Virus record (IMG/VR): IMGVR_UViG_3300029258_004661
Coordinates: 1-64,000 of that record
DNA: 64,000 nt
Source of the DNA: an uncultured virus (IMG/VR IMGVR_UViG_3300029258_004661)
Taxonomy: Duplodnaviria > Heunggongvirae > Uroviricota > Caudoviricetes
Reading direction: 5' to 3' (one strand)
Positions 9,719 through 20,800 of the stretch are shown here, one piece after another. The notes under the pieces are model-generated. The model made no database searches. It was not told where the DNA came from and was given only the letters and a program-made list of their open reading frames with translations. Position numbers and translations under genes: made by a program. The number at the start of each line of letters is the position of its first letter. Position 1 is the first letter of the stretch.

Positions 9719-10847
9719 CTTCTAAGTTCTCCTCTGCGAAAACAATTGCCCCGCCAGACTCATTAATAATCACACCATAAAGGGTGTATTTGGCCGTATA
9801 TGATATTTCAAGAACACCAAATGTTTCCTCGGCAGTAATTATGCTGTCGAAGCCAGCCGTATATGTTATGGCACCGAGGTCATCTCCATGCCAATCAGCA
9901 TTTTGGACCGAATAAATTGGGTATTGTGTATTCCCAGCCCCATCGGTGAAAAATATGGTTTCAGAATGTTGCTCGGTATACTCCCCTATATGAAAAAAGG
10001 TTCCTATGGTCGTATCAAAAGTGTAATCAAGATTTGTAGGAGATGTATATACTTTTACCCTGAATTCCTGCCCCGGCTCAATACAGCCTGTATCAACTCT
10101 CTCAATCTTTATACTTTTATCAGCATCTTCGGCGAGTTCATCGTAGCCAGTGACGCGAACCTTATTATAGCCAGGAGGAATCACTACCTCTTCATCAACC
10201 TGAATAATTTCATCAACATCTGTATACTCTTCAGATGGATCATCAGCGACGAAGTTCGTTGAAAACTCTTTATAGTCAATAATCAAATTACCATCTCTTC
10301 CACTCCTTACTCTCCCACCTGGGACTTTTGCAAGCCTGTTTATTATATCAATAGGGACTTCATTCTCAACACTGAAGGCTTCGGGGTAAACAGTGAAATC
10401 GTCAATCCGGAAATCAACAGTAATGCCGGTTCCCGTCAGAAGGTAATTAATTATTGAGGATGCCCTCATGTTTGCCGTTTGCCACGGATTGCTCTCGGTT
10501 TCATCATCCGTAATTGGTAAGGAATAGTATTGATCTAACGTAGCCGCTTTTGACCGACCCCAAACATAAAACTTTCTTTCTTCGGCATCAGCTCTTGAAA
10601 TTCTCTTCTCTAATAAAAATTTATGTTCAACACTGTTGACGGTAACAACAATGCGCTCTTGGCCAGCATTCACATGGGGGTTACAGAGGGTCTTAAAAAG
10701 ATCCCACCCATGCTTGTTGAAATTAATGGTAATATCGTTGCAGTAGCTTTCCTCACTCATAAGCACCGTGAGGCTCTCCATATAGCTATGCACCTTTACC
10801 CCATCAATTTCAACCGTGACAGTATATTCAATTTCATTTTCGTACAT
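9711..10847 (-). CDS. Tail hub/baseplate hub-like protein
   Basis: VWGRSKAATL...PIDIINRLA..PGGRV...DGNL..DY pattern of hub proteins; located downstream of tape measure. Confidence 0.55.
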   Translation of the reverse strand: MYENEIEYTVTVEIDGVKVHSYMESLTVLMSEESYCNDITINFNKHGWDLFKTLCNPHVNAGQERIVVTVNSVEHKFLLEKRISRADAEERKFYVWGRSKAATLDQYYSLPITDDETESNPWQTANMRASSIINYLLTGTGITVDFRIDDFTVYPEAFSVENEVPIDIINRLAKVPGGRVRSGRDGNLIIDYKEFSTNFVADDPSEEYTDVDEIIQVDEEVVIPPGYNKVRVTGYDELAEDADKSIKIERVDTGCIEPGQEFRVKVYTSPTNLDYTFDTTIGTFFHIGEYTEQHSETIFFTDGAGNTQYPIYSVQNADWHGDDLGAITYTAGFDSIITAEETFGVLEISYTAKYTLYGVIINESGGAIVFAEENLEDG

Positions 10848-10863
10848 TACAATGGGCTCTTAA

Positions 10864-11394
10864 TTAATCATTGGCATAAGCGTAAACAATGACATCCCCC
10901 GGTTCAGAAACATTAAGCACAAGGCTCCTGTAATCAGAGGTATAATCAACATCCAAAACGCCATAGGTTATTTCGCAGGTATCATCACCAAGAGGGCTTC
11001 CACTGCAATTTTCAGTAGGGCACAGTAGTTGCGTATAGCCTGCTGTAAAAGTAACGCTTGCAGCAGGACAAGGAGCATTACCATGCCACTCCTTACTTGA
11101 AATGGCCTTTATGGGATACCCGGCATTTCCCTCGCCATCCTGCACGGTAATGCTTTCTTCATGACTGGAAACACCCCCGCCCACAATGCTAATGCTGCCA
11201 AGAGTGACAGCAAGGGTTAAATCAAGATCTGTTGGCGAAGTATATAGCCTCAAATAAATATCCTGATTTGGCTCAAAGCAAGTTCGCCCGCCGTTCAAAT
11301 CTTCATCAAGCTCAATGCGGATAAGTTCTGCCGCATCAGCGGCACAACTTGCCTCAATGGTTACGGTTAAACTTCCGGTGGTTCTGTCAGCCAT
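10864..11394 (-). CDS. Tail-tip protein paralogous to 8939-9718
   Basis: MADRTTGSLTVTIE vs MADKTQGSQTVTIE; IELDEDLNGGRTCFEPN vs IELDEEYNDGRSCFAPN; GGAGG SD before ATG 11394. Confidence 0.6.
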   Translation of the reverse strand: MADRTTGSLTVTIEASCAADAAELIRIELDEDLNGGRTCFEPNQDIYLRLYTSPTDLDLTLAVTLGSISIVGGGVSSHEESITVQDGEGNAGYPIKAISSKEWHGNAPCPAASVTFTAGYTQLLCPTENCSGSPLGDDTCEITYGVLDVDYTSDYRSLVLNVSEPGDVIVYAYAND

Positions 11395-11410
11395 AGCTAG
11401 ACCCTCCGTA

Positions 11411-14400
11411 TTATACGAATTTAATCTTATACCGTCGTACTGACCCCAAGAGCGCATTCCTTACTATTAGATCCTTTTGCACAGGATCATACTCAAGAAT
11501 ATTATTTCTTATGATTGTATCTTTACTGGTTTCCTGCATAAGTTTATTATCAAGAATTATGTCTTTGTTGACGGTGTTAAATGGAATTACAAGCACAACA
11601 TCTTGCTCAATTCGGATTGCATATTTAATGCCAATATCATTAGCAACTTGAGAATCAATTTTCCAGCGAGCAATTATATCTTTGTCAATTACGTCGTTTA
11701 GAGAGTTAACGACGGCAATATCATTTGATACAAAAACAGCATTGCGAAGTACAACATCACTCCATATACTGGAATCAATATTGTATTTTGCAATAATGTC
11801 TTTATTTATAGGCGAGCGAAGGGAGTTTATCAGCCCGACATCAGTGGAAACAAAAATATTATTTATCGCAACAATATCTTTCCAAATGCGAGAGCTGATC
11901 TCGTTTCTTAAAATAAGGTCTCGCGAAACAACAGGGTTTAAAGAGTTATTGAGAATAAGATCGTTTGTAACAAAGATATTATTCTTTATTCCAACATCAC
12001 TGTATACACTGGAGTCAATCATGTTCCTGATAATAAAATCAGCACTTATTGGACCCATTATACCAAAGTCAAGAACGGTATCCGTTTCAATTACAATTGG
12101 AATCTTCAGCCCAAGATTTCTCCAAATATACTCAATCAGGGAGAAATTAATGCCAATGTCATTTGAAAGAATTAACTGCCAGCGTAAAATAAAGTCTGAA
12201 TCAAAATATGTAGTCAACGGCCAGTTGAGTATTTGATCCTTATTAATTTGCTCAAGAATTTTCCAAGAAAGACCACTATCGGCACTAACTATAATATTCC
12301 AAGGGATAATTAAATCACCCTCAACATATGTTGTAAGTGGCCAGCGTAGGGTTGTATCTTGATTAATTCTGGTCGTCAAGGGCCAGTTAAGAATAAAGTC
12401 TTGATATAGAAACGGGGCAATGTTGAAAAGAATTATATTATCCTGATCTATTTTTTGATCAGTAATAGTAAAGCGGGTAATGTTATCCTTAAAAATATAA
12501 TCATTTAACGACCAATTAAGTACATTGTCATTATCAACGGGAATAAGTACTGGCGGACCACCAACAAGCTGTAGCCCGTAAAACATGCCGCCCGTATCTG
12601 AAAGTTCTGTGAGTTCATCACTGCTATTGACAGTATAAGATTTCCCAATAATATTTGTTGCGCCATCCCCTTCGCATAATCCTTGGTTAGCATAGCTTGC
12701 AGAGTCTGAGTTGTGGTTATAATAAAAATACCACGTCGAGCCTGTATCAATGACATCAGCCCTGAAAACAAAAATATAATCTGTATTAGGCTGAACCAAT
12801 GGTAAATCAGAAAATCTGAATAATACCATTGGTGGAAACTGACCAGTATCAGTGTCGGTGTGAGTGGCATTATGGTCTAGCGTGTCAGAAGTGCCATTGC
12901 TTATTAGCTCGCCAAGGGCATCCCCGTCTGCTTCATAAATTTCAACCCATACATTACCCTCTGCCTCGCCGTAGGCTCTGGCTATAACGCCAAGCCCTTC
13001 TATTTTCATTGCCTCGGAAATATTTGGTATTCTTATTTTTTGTGCAACATATTTATCGGTATTATCGTAAAAAGATCTCTGTCTGTCATTTGGAGAAGGA
13101 AAGAAGCGATCACAACGGGGATCTAGAATTGTTATTTTATATTCACTAGAGCCAATAAACCGTATGTGATAATAGTCGGACTCATAGGTCCAACTAGAGC
13201 CATCTGCACTGTACGCAGAGCACTTGCTGTCATCATCAGGCAAGACACCAATCATCCCCATACCAAATAAATCGCCGTCCCCATAAATCCTATAATAGCG
13301 ATCCGTGGTAGGGGTTCCATCGAAATAGAACACGGCCCAATATTTAATGTACGGAGTTAACTCCAGGGTGCTTCCGCACGGAATGACAGCTTCGGTTCCA
13401 GTTATATGAACATAATCTTCAATTTCGCCAATATCAAGAAGCTCGTCCCCAATTTCACCACTGGTTGAGTCGGCAGCATGAATTTTTAAATGCAACGGCG
13501 TTGAAATTGGCCGATAGTGCTTAACAAGAGTTGCCCTGATTTCTTTAAGTGTGCAGTTCGATATATTAGTCGTAAAAGCAACTGCAAAATATTTATTCCC
13601 AGCGGCATAGCCAATGTTTTCATACCCGCCACCAGGATTAGGCCATAATGGAGAAAATAAAATCGGGTCTTGAGTGTACTCAGGATCAATGGCAACTTCT
13701 GTGCCGTGTATATTGAAAAGGGAAATATTTTCCCCAACATTTTCAGTTATTGAGTTGTCCCAACCAATGGTAAAGAGGCTGGCGTTTTCACAACAGGTTG
13801 TATCATCAAACAAAGCATATGCTCTGTTACTAAAATTTGCGGTAATTCCAAGGTAATAGTCAGTGTCCGGTTCAAGAATGGGCTTTCTTTTTTCTTTAAT
13901 TTCAAGAGCGCTTGTTGTCCCCGGCGTAACACTACCGCAATAAAAATCCTTTACGCCAAACACCCCTCCATCGCCAACGGGAATTAGCTCGGAAAAATCA
14001 GTTGTGTCAGAATACTCAAAAAAGTTAAACCGAACTTGCCTATAATACTCGTCATCATCAATTTGTAAATGTGCTGATAGGCCATGGACTTGCCACTTTC
14101 CGCTTGCGCTTGGCGTTCTGAATTTTTGCAATACCCCCTGTTCGCTTGAGCCATCTTCCCAAAAAATTCCCTTATAATTTGCAGGGTCTTGATCACCATT
14201 CCAGCCAACAATTGTCTGGTAGCTGGCTTTTGTAGCGCTTATTTGGCACTGGAAATAATAACTGCTGGAAGTATACCAAGCAGAGCCATTGCCGCGGCAA
14301 CGACTCCATACATTGCTAACACCATACCCCATTGCGAATGGAGCATTCGTATTCTCAACCGCCCTTAAGTGCCAATAATCAGAGCCATCATATACATTGG

Positions 14401-14758
14401 TATAAAATATCAACCAATACTTCGTGTTCTTTGAGAGCGTTATGTTTTGGCCAGATAAATCAATAGTTACCTCAGAGTAGCTAGCCCCAACGCCAGAGGT
14501 ATCAACTGTTACAACCCCTAACTCACTGCCCGGCTTCCATTCATCATCATTCTCGGCATCCCATATGGCACAATAGACAGTTGTCGTCGGGGAGTTATTC
14601 TTCTTCATGAAGACCTTAACTTCCCCAACGACAACACCATCTATGGGAGTGAGAAAAGCAACGCCTGTATGTTGTAATAACTCAGTATTACCGCCAAATT
14701 GGCAGTCTGAATAGGCCGCACCAGTCCAGGCAGTAGAATGTATTGTAAGAGTGCCCAT
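11411..14758 (-). CDS. Large fibre/adhesin-like virion protein
   Basis: About four N-terminal beta-sandwich-like repeats ending L...T.Y(W/Y/I)..F, followed by ~370 aa of short D..L.(W/N) repeats. Confidence 0.6.
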   Translation of the reverse strand: MGTLTIHSTAWTGAAYSDCQFGGNTELLQHTGVAFLTPIDGVVVGEVKVFMKKNNSPTTTVYCAIWDAENDDEWKPGSELGVVTVDTSGVGASYSEVTIDLSGQNITLSKNTKYWLIFYTNVYDGSDYWHLRAVENTNAPFAMGYGVSNVWSRCRGNGSAWYTSSSYYFQCQISATKASYQTIVGWNGDQDPANYKGIFWEDGSSEQGVLQKFRTPSASGKWQVHGLSAHLQIDDDEYYRQVRFNFFEYSDTTDFSELIPVGDGGVFGVKDFYCGSVTPGTTSALEIKEKRKPILEPDTDYYLGITANFSNRAYALFDDTTCCENASLFTIGWDNSITENVGENISLFNIHGTEVAIDPEYTQDPILFSPLWPNPGGGYENIGYAAGNKYFAVAFTTNISNCTLKEIRATLVKHYRPISTPLHLKIHAADSTSGEIGDELLDIGEIEDYVHITGTEAVIPCGSTLELTPYIKYWAVFYFDGTPTTDRYYRIYGDGDLFGMGMIGVLPDDDSKCSAYSADGSSWTYESDYYHIRFIGSSEYKITILDPRCDRFFPSPNDRQRSFYDNTDKYVAQKIRIPNISEAMKIEGLGVIARAYGEAEGNVWVEIYEADGDALGELISNGTSDTLDHNATHTDTDTGQFPPMVLFRFSDLPLVQPNTDYIFVFRADVIDTGSTWYFYYNHNSDSASYANQGLCEGDGATNIIGKSYTVNSSDELTELSDTGGMFYGLQLVGGPPVLIPVDNDNVLNWSLNDYIFKDNITRFTITDQKIDQDNIILFNIAPFLYQDFILNWPLTTRINQDTTLRWPLTTYVEGDLIIPWNIIVSADSGLSWKILEQINKDQILNWPLTTYFDSDFILRWQLILSNDIGINFSLIEYIWRNLGLKIPIVIETDTVLDFGIMGPISADFIIRNMIDSSVYSDVGIKNNIFVTNDLILNNSLNPVVSRDLILRNEISSRIWKDIVAINNIFVSTDVGLINSLRSPINKDIIAKYNIDSSIWSDVVLRNAVFVSNDIAVVNSLNDVIDKDIIARWKIDSQVANDIGIKYAIRIEQDVVLVIPFNTVNKDIILDNKLMQETSKDTIIRNNILEYDPVQKDLIVRNALLGSVRRYKIKFV

Positions 14759-14794
14759 TAAGCCACTTCCTTACCAAATAATGTTTACAGCAAA

Positions 14795-15781
14795 CTACGC
14801 ACTTTCCCCACTCATGCGTATATACGGATTGTTATTGCTGTAGCTGGAAGTAGAAGCAGGCACGACCTCCTTCGCCCAAATAGCCTTGGCCGCATGATGC
14901 GTGCTGAAGTTCAGCTTATCGCCTTCTACCCAGCTTCCACCAAAGGCCAGCGCCTGGATTCTGAAGTAATACCCTTGCGTGCCACTGACATTCGGATTAC
15001 TGGGCTTGAACTCGCTGGCAATGTTCTGGCTGGAAGTGAGCTCGCCAGTGTTGGTGCCAGTGCAGGTGTAGGTAGTGTCTCCGGCATTGATTTCAATTTC
15101 CCAATCATCCTCGACAGTGCCCTGATTATAGGTATTGATTTTGTCTTCATCGAAAGTGCCGCTGCCAGTAATGGAGATACTATCAACGCTGCTGGTTGTG
15201 TCGCTAAGCTCAAGAACTCCGCCGTAGCGAACAGGCGCACTCGGAGTATGGGCAGCGTATTCATAGCTCAGGCCACTGGACAGGGTGATGGTCGCAACAT
15301 TTACAGACCAGCTAACCCCGGCGACCTCAACAAACTCCTCATTGGTGCCATCACTGAGCCAACCGGCGTCGCCAGTCTGAACACCGCTGTTGGTTTCAAA
15401 CAGAACATCAATGCTGGTGGCATCAATGCTAGCCGGGGCATTCAGCGTGCCGCACCCCAACCATTCGGTGTAATCGTCGGCTTCGCTCTGGACATCCTCA
15501 TTGGTGCCCTCCTTGATTTGGATGTAATCACCGGCAGGGGTTTCAATCCGAATCCACACCTTGTGGTTGTAGAGTACCTCATTCCCATCGTCATGCAATT
15601 TACAGAACGCCTTCCGATAGCGGGTGAGGCCAGCAGTGCGCTCTGCCTGCGTAACGTTTGGGAACAGATTCGTGGCTTGATTGCTGACAACCTCGTTGTA
15701 GCTCATCCGGCCACCGTTAGAGTCGGCGTCATTGACCACCGCGCTCTTATACATTTTTAAATCAGTAGCTTCAATTGCCAT
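14795..15781 (-). CDS. Conserved phage tail-associated structural protein
   Basis: GGRMS...NLFPNVT.AER.AG.TRYRK.F N-terminal motif familiar from phage tail modules; GC-rich codon usage like the major structural genes. Confidence 0.6.
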   Translation of the reverse strand: MAIEATDLKMYKSAVVNDADSNGGRMSYNEVVSNQATNLFPNVTQAERTAGLTRYRKAFCKLHDDGNEVLYNHKVWIRIETPAGDYIQIKEGTNEDVQSEADDYTEWLGCGTLNAPASIDATSIDVLFETNSGVQTGDAGWLSDGTNEEFVEVAGVSWSVNVATITLSSGLSYEYAAHTPSAPVRYGGVLELSDTTSSVDSISITGSGTFDEDKINTYNQGTVEDDWEIEINAGDTTYTCTGTNTGELTSSQNIASEFKPSNPNVSGTQGYYFRIQALAFGGSWVEGDKLNFSTHHAAKAIWAKEVVPASTSSYSNNNPYIRMSGESA

Positions 15782-15782
15782 C

Positions 15783-16157
15783 TCACTTTTCCTCCGTTTC
15801 TTTTACGGTTAAATCAATCAACCATCGGTTTATTCTGTACTCCTGTATTATATCAAAAACGAGATTCCAAATATTTGAAATCCTGTGAACAATGAGGGTG
15901 GCCGTCAGTGTTAACAAGATATTGCTGGCAGTAATATTTCCTCCTGTTTTGATGTAAAAATAAGGAAAAGTAAGCGTAGCCGCCGCCCACACGCTTATGC
16001 AATATTTACAAGCCCATAATTCTGATAGAAATGGGATATTCTTTTCAACTACCCACTCCCGCGGCTTCTTGAAAAGGCTTCCACTGCCAATGACCTGAGT
16101 GAGTGCTTCGCAGGCGATTGGTAGCATGAAGAAAAACATTAGGATGTCATCAATCAT
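15783..16157 (-). CDS. DUF1360-like membrane protein
   Basis: Hydrophobic helices, SLFKKPREW and ELWACKYCISVW (CxxCxSVW). Confidence 0.6.
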   Translation of the reverse strand: MIDDILMFFFMLPIACEALTQVIGSGSLFKKPREWVVEKNIPFLSELWACKYCISVWAAATLTFPYFYIKTGGNITASNILLTLTATLIVHRISNIWNLVFDIIQEYRINRWLIDLTVKETEEK

Positions 16158-16160
16158 TTC

Positions 16161-16304
16161 CTATTTCTCCCTTACAATATAGCTTCGCTTGCACCCCGCG
16201 CACCGAAAAACATTGCTGTACTCTCTGCCTCCACAGCATCCCCGCTGAACCTGCTTCATGCGGCGTTTGCACTTTGGGCATAGGGTTGTGTTCGTGTGGG
16301 TCAC
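16161..16304 (-). CDS. 47-aa Zn-ribbon protein (not in ORF track)
   Basis: GTG overlapping the upstream TGA, GGAGG SD; MTHTNTTLCPKCKRRMKQVQRGCCGGREYSNVFRCAGCKRSYIVREK; fills the gap exactly. Confidence 0.65.
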   Translation of the reverse strand: MTHTNTTLCPKCKRRMKQVQRGCCGGREYSNVFRCAGCKRSYIVREK

Positions 16305-16720
16305 ATTTCCTCCAATATGATTTTATATGTCATCGTGTTGCTTCGCCACTCTTCTTCGTAATCAATAACAGCAACCTGATAACTTGGAACATAACGGTAA
16401 ATGGTCTCGCCGCTAATGGTTTCGGTCGAAAGCAACTCGTGTACTGTTCGGGTAATTTCAATTCGCTCAGAAATTGGAATGAAATCTATAAGCTCTATAT
16501 TCATGTCAAGCGCGGCGCGCTTCTGAATTTCCTCAAATTGGCTTTGAGTAATGCCTGATATGGTAAACAGGTATTTCTTGGCTGTCTCCTGTAACACTAG
16601 GTTTGCAGCGGTTGTGCGACTATTACTGCCAAAAACCTTTCGACCCTTTACGAAGGTCTCAGGGTTAACCTCTAAGACCAACCCGGCTATTGACACATTG
16701 CTGGAAAACTCTGTCGCCAT
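16301..16720 (-). CDS. Tail-tip (distal tail-like) protein
   Basis: Size, position two genes after tape measure, beta-rich pattern ending YKIILEEM. Confidence 0.45.
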   Translation of the reverse strand: MATEFSSNVSIAGLVLEVNPETFVKGRKVFGSNSRTTAANLVLQETAKKYLFTISGITQSQFEEIQKRAALDMNIELIDFIPISERIEITRTVHELLSTETISGETIYRYVPSYQVAVIDYEEEWRSNTMTYKIILEEM

Positions 16721-16729
16721 AATGGCTCC

Positions 16730-17881
16730 TTAAAATTGGAACATTATTACAGGATGCTCATAACTATACCAAGGGGAAATATCATCAATGATTAAATCGT
16801 CATCTAAGAAGTGGCTTGGTGTATTAATGCGAACATTGTTAAAGTTAAAAATCATCTTATAGTTTCCTCTTGGTATTACTATTCCAAAATGACGACGATC
16901 ATCTTCCTCGTACTGGCGAACATGATCCGGATCATCGTCTAGCCAAGCCAGAGTACCATAGGTGGATGTACTTTTCAAGAAATAATTCTGCGCCCTTCCT
17001 GAAAACATAAAGCTGGGAGCCTCAAGCTCGTTTCCTATGGTAATGTAAAATTGTTCCAAGTACTCGTGTTCAAAATTTGAAAAAATCTGTATATCGCCTA
17101 CGCCAACCATGTCGTTATCGTCAACAGTTTCCAGATCCTCTAAGCCAACATTATTGGTGGAGTCTGCCCCTAGAAATTTAATGTGTGTTTTAATTACTTC
17201 GCCGGGGCGAAAATTAAAAGTCATTTCCTGTATTTTCACTCCGCTATAGGCATCAATTTCATTGCCTCTATCAATGACTGTGGTCAAACTGGTGGGCAAA
17301 TGGCAAAACGGGCCGGTTTTTACCCTATGGCACATGACAATTGACCGCGAAATAGCCGCTGAGAGGCCCCAGATTGCGTCTGAAGCCGCGTGCGCCCTTG
17401 GGGTAGTACCTTGGGCACCCCTGACACAAGAAAGCGTCAGATTGGCTGAGATTGAGCCTATTTCTATCATTTCATCGTTAATAATGACTGCATCAACCCC
17501 ATCAAAGGCCGTAGAGTCCTCAGCAGTGATTTGAAATGTGGTTGAATCAATAGAAAGAGCATTTGTAAGAGTACCGGCAAGCACCCCCCAAGAGTTATTC
17601 GCCGGGGCAAACTCATAGCCAGAAATTTCCAACCGTTCGCCAAATGCCGCCCCACACAAATAAGACCAAGCAACATTATCAAATGTCAATTCTGCAATTA
17701 CTTCTCCTCTTACAGTTTGTCGCTCAGATATACGGCTATGGTAATGGGCAGTCATGGCCTGCGCCCGCGGCGCATAATTCATAAGCTTTTGCACTTGCTC
17801 ATTGGAAACATCAAACACATATGAGCGACCAAAATTAGGGGAGTTAAAACTACCCTCTATGTCGAAGTGGAAAATTCCCAT
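16730..17881 (-). CDS. Second tail-tube-family protein
   Basis: LPTSLTTVIDRGNEIDAYSGVKIQEMTFNFRPGEVI aligns by eye with LPAGLTLEIGRDIAAFTYAGAKVDTMNITAETGEIL of the major tube protein. Confidence 0.65.
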   Translation of the reverse strand: MGIFHFDIEGSFNSPNFGRSYVFDVSNEQVQKLMNYAPRAQAMTAHYHSRISERQTVRGEVIAELTFDNVAWSYLCGAAFGERLEISGYEFAPANNSWGVLAGTLTNALSIDSTTFQITAEDSTAFDGVDAVIINDEMIEIGSISANLTLSCVRGAQGTTPRAHAASDAIWGLSAAISRSIVMCHRVKTGPFCHLPTSLTTVIDRGNEIDAYSGVKIQEMTFNFRPGEVIKTHIKFLGADSTNNVGLEDLETVDDNDMVGVGDIQIFSNFEHEYLEQFYITIGNELEAPSFMFSGRAQNYFLKSTSTYGTLAWLDDDPDHVRQYEEDDRRHFGIVIPRGNYKMIFNFNNVRINTPSHFLDDDLIIDDISPWYSYEHPVIMFQF

Positions 17882-20800
17882 TAATTAAGCCTCGTCATTT
17901 TTTCACGCTCAAGGGTATTTTTGATTTCGTTAATATTTGCCCTATCCCCGTAAAGCGGGTAAGTCTTTTTCTGCCCACCTACATCAAGGGTGAGGTTGAA
18001 AACGGCAACCTCTTCTTTCATTTCTTCAATAGGGGCAATATCTGTAAAATCATTTTCATCACTGGCCACTACGCCACCAGCCTGATAACCAGGAAGACTC
18101 TTGCTATCATTAATGCTTTGCCGCAGAGCATCCATTCCCCTTTGGCTAAGAACAAAAGAGCCAGTTGGCAAAATAGTTTTGATCTTGTCAATGCCCCTTG
18201 GCCCATCAAACCTGCCTATGGGAATAGCGCCGCCGGTCGGAACAGCCGCCCCAGCATTCAACGCCCGAAGCATAGAAAGATTCTTCTTGGTAAACTCTGG
18301 CGGTATATATCCCTCCCCGGCCGTCACCCTGATTGGCACCCCACTGGCAATACCGCCATAATACATACCCTCTGGCGGGCTACCTGACCTTGTATAGTTT
18401 ACACGAATATCAATTACTGAATTATCTAAGGAAGCAATTTTGTTTTTAAGTTTATCCAACTCCATTTCCGCGGCAATAACTTCTCTATCTTCAATTGGAA
18501 TTGTTATATCTAACAAGCCAAACTCTTTCATAGCCATTGCAACGGTGTCTGCATTGGCTTGCAACTGATCTATGGAATCATAGGCGGTTAAACCAAAATC
18601 TTCTATAGCCATTGCAGCAGTGTCTGCATCAGCCTGTAAACGGGCTAATGAATCAGAAGCGGTTAAGCCAAACTCTTTCATAGCTATTGCGGCAGTGTCT
18701 GCATTAACTTGTAACTGACTTATAGAATCAGAGGCAGTTAAGCCAATTCTAGACATGAAACCCTCAATAGTGTCTGCTTCAGCTTGCAGTTCCGACAACC
18801 CAGCAGTTAAAAAATTTATTTTTTCTGAACTAAACGTTTCCGAAAGATCAATTTCCGGTTTTATTTTTGGCTTAAAAAGATCAGGATTGGCTATATACTC
18901 ACGGTGGATCCTTTCAACCTCCTCAAAGGCCGCAGGATCTAGTTTGGGAGTAAGGTCAAACGCCTCCTTAGATTCTTCTTTTGCTCTTCTATATTCTTCA
19001 GCCAATCTCGCTGTTTCTTCTTTAATTGCATTTACGGCATTCTTATTAGCCTCCAACCTTTTAGCCGCCTCCGCGGTTAGATTATTAACTTTTGCCTGCT
19101 CCTCAAACTCTCTCGCTTTCTCTTCGGCGGCGGCTCTGTTTTTATTAGCTACTTCACCCATAAGCTTACTGTATAGGCTTACGCTCATGGAAAACCTTTT
19201 GCCTTTCTCTGTGTTTAAAACTATTTGATCGCCAATTATTTTTGTTGCTTCTCCGCCTTTCTGTAGAGCAGCAAAAATTTCAGCTATTTTTGATTTATAT
19301 AATTCAAGATCGTTTTCAAAGCCAGCATCAAAGCCCGGAATACCGGCCCCACCAATAGCAAACCCATCAGCTGCCGCACCCCACTGCTTACCAAATTCAC
19401 TAATTCCAGATATCATTCCCTCTATTTCTCTTTGCGATAGTTTAAAGTTTTCAATTATTTTTGCAGATTTTTTATTGTTATTTCCAATTATATTCTCACT
19501 GCTTGCCAATTTCGTATTAATCCGATCTAAATGCTTTTCCCACAAATCCATTGTTAATGCATACCTTTTGCCACTTTCATCCATTACCTCCATGTGGCCA
19601 TTAACTTCTACAAGTGTTTTTCGGTGTTTTTGGAAGGCATCAACAATAGTCTTAATATGGCCTTCGTATTCCCCGGTGGCAGAAATTACAGGCATGAAAT
19701 CACCAAGAGCTTCATCAAATATACCAGCCCAATGCGCCCCTGCATCTTTAGTGGCCTTTATCATCTTTTCTGTTTGCTCACTAACCCCCAAAGAAGATTT
19801 TTCATTAGCCGCTGCAAATTTATCCATTGAATCACTTATGGCACTGCTTTCTTTGTTGGCTCTCGCAAGCTCATTTGCAAGTTTCTCTGCCGCCGTTGCC
19901 GCGCCTGTAATATTATTTGTCGCAAGCATGTCTCCCTTAGCTGCGATATCAGATACCCCAAACATATCCTCAGTGGGAGCACCGGAAGCACCTTCGCTCA
20001 ACATTTCCCTTATAGCTTCCCTTGTTGCTTCAACCTTTTCTTTTGATCTATCTAGCCGCCTCAGAAGACCATCAAGCAATGGGCCAGCTTTATCCCCAGC
20101 CAAAAGCGTAATGAAAATAACCACGGCTTCTGTCATGCGGTTCATAGCTTCATTAAGATCATTAAGTATATCAAGCTGCTTTAATCTTTGATCTCTTAGC
20201 TCTTGCTGGCGCTTAACTTCATTATTAATCAGTTTCCTCTGGGTATTTTCTAGATCATTATAAACTGATTCAAGTTGCTTTTTATAATCCCAATATAACT
20301 TTGCCTTTTCATCTCTTCCTTCCACTTCAGATTTTAACCCAGCCGCTACAGCCAGATCAATAATTTGAACCTCTTTATCTGCTGCCTTCTGAATAAAACC
20401 TAATTGTTTTTCAAGAAGAGCTTTTTGCTTTTCAAGCGCCCCCGCCCTTACATTAAAATTATCTCCAGCTTGCGCCGCAATTTCTCGTTCAGCAACTAGG
20501 TTCTTTTCTATTTGCGCGGTGGTATCCTTATAGCCCTTAAGGGTTCCCTCAAGCAATACAATATTTTCACCATATAAGGCTTGCACTTGGCGAATCAATC
20601 CCTGCTGGCGGACCAGTAATTTATTATACTGGCGCTGAGTCATATTTGAACGATTTTGAAGCTTGTCAAGCTGATCCATCTTCTTTTGGTATTTTGCATA
20701 CTCTTTTGGATCATATGAAAATCTTCCAACGTCAAAATCGCCAAGTTTATCTTTTAGGCCAGCAGCCTTAAGCTTTAATTTATCGAGCTTTTCTCTGTTT

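Noticed and set aside
5630..14758. Diversity-generating retroelement acting on tail adhesins
   Set aside because: No reverse transcriptase and no template/variable repeat pair with adenine-specific mismatches found by eye; cannot be excluded outside the window.
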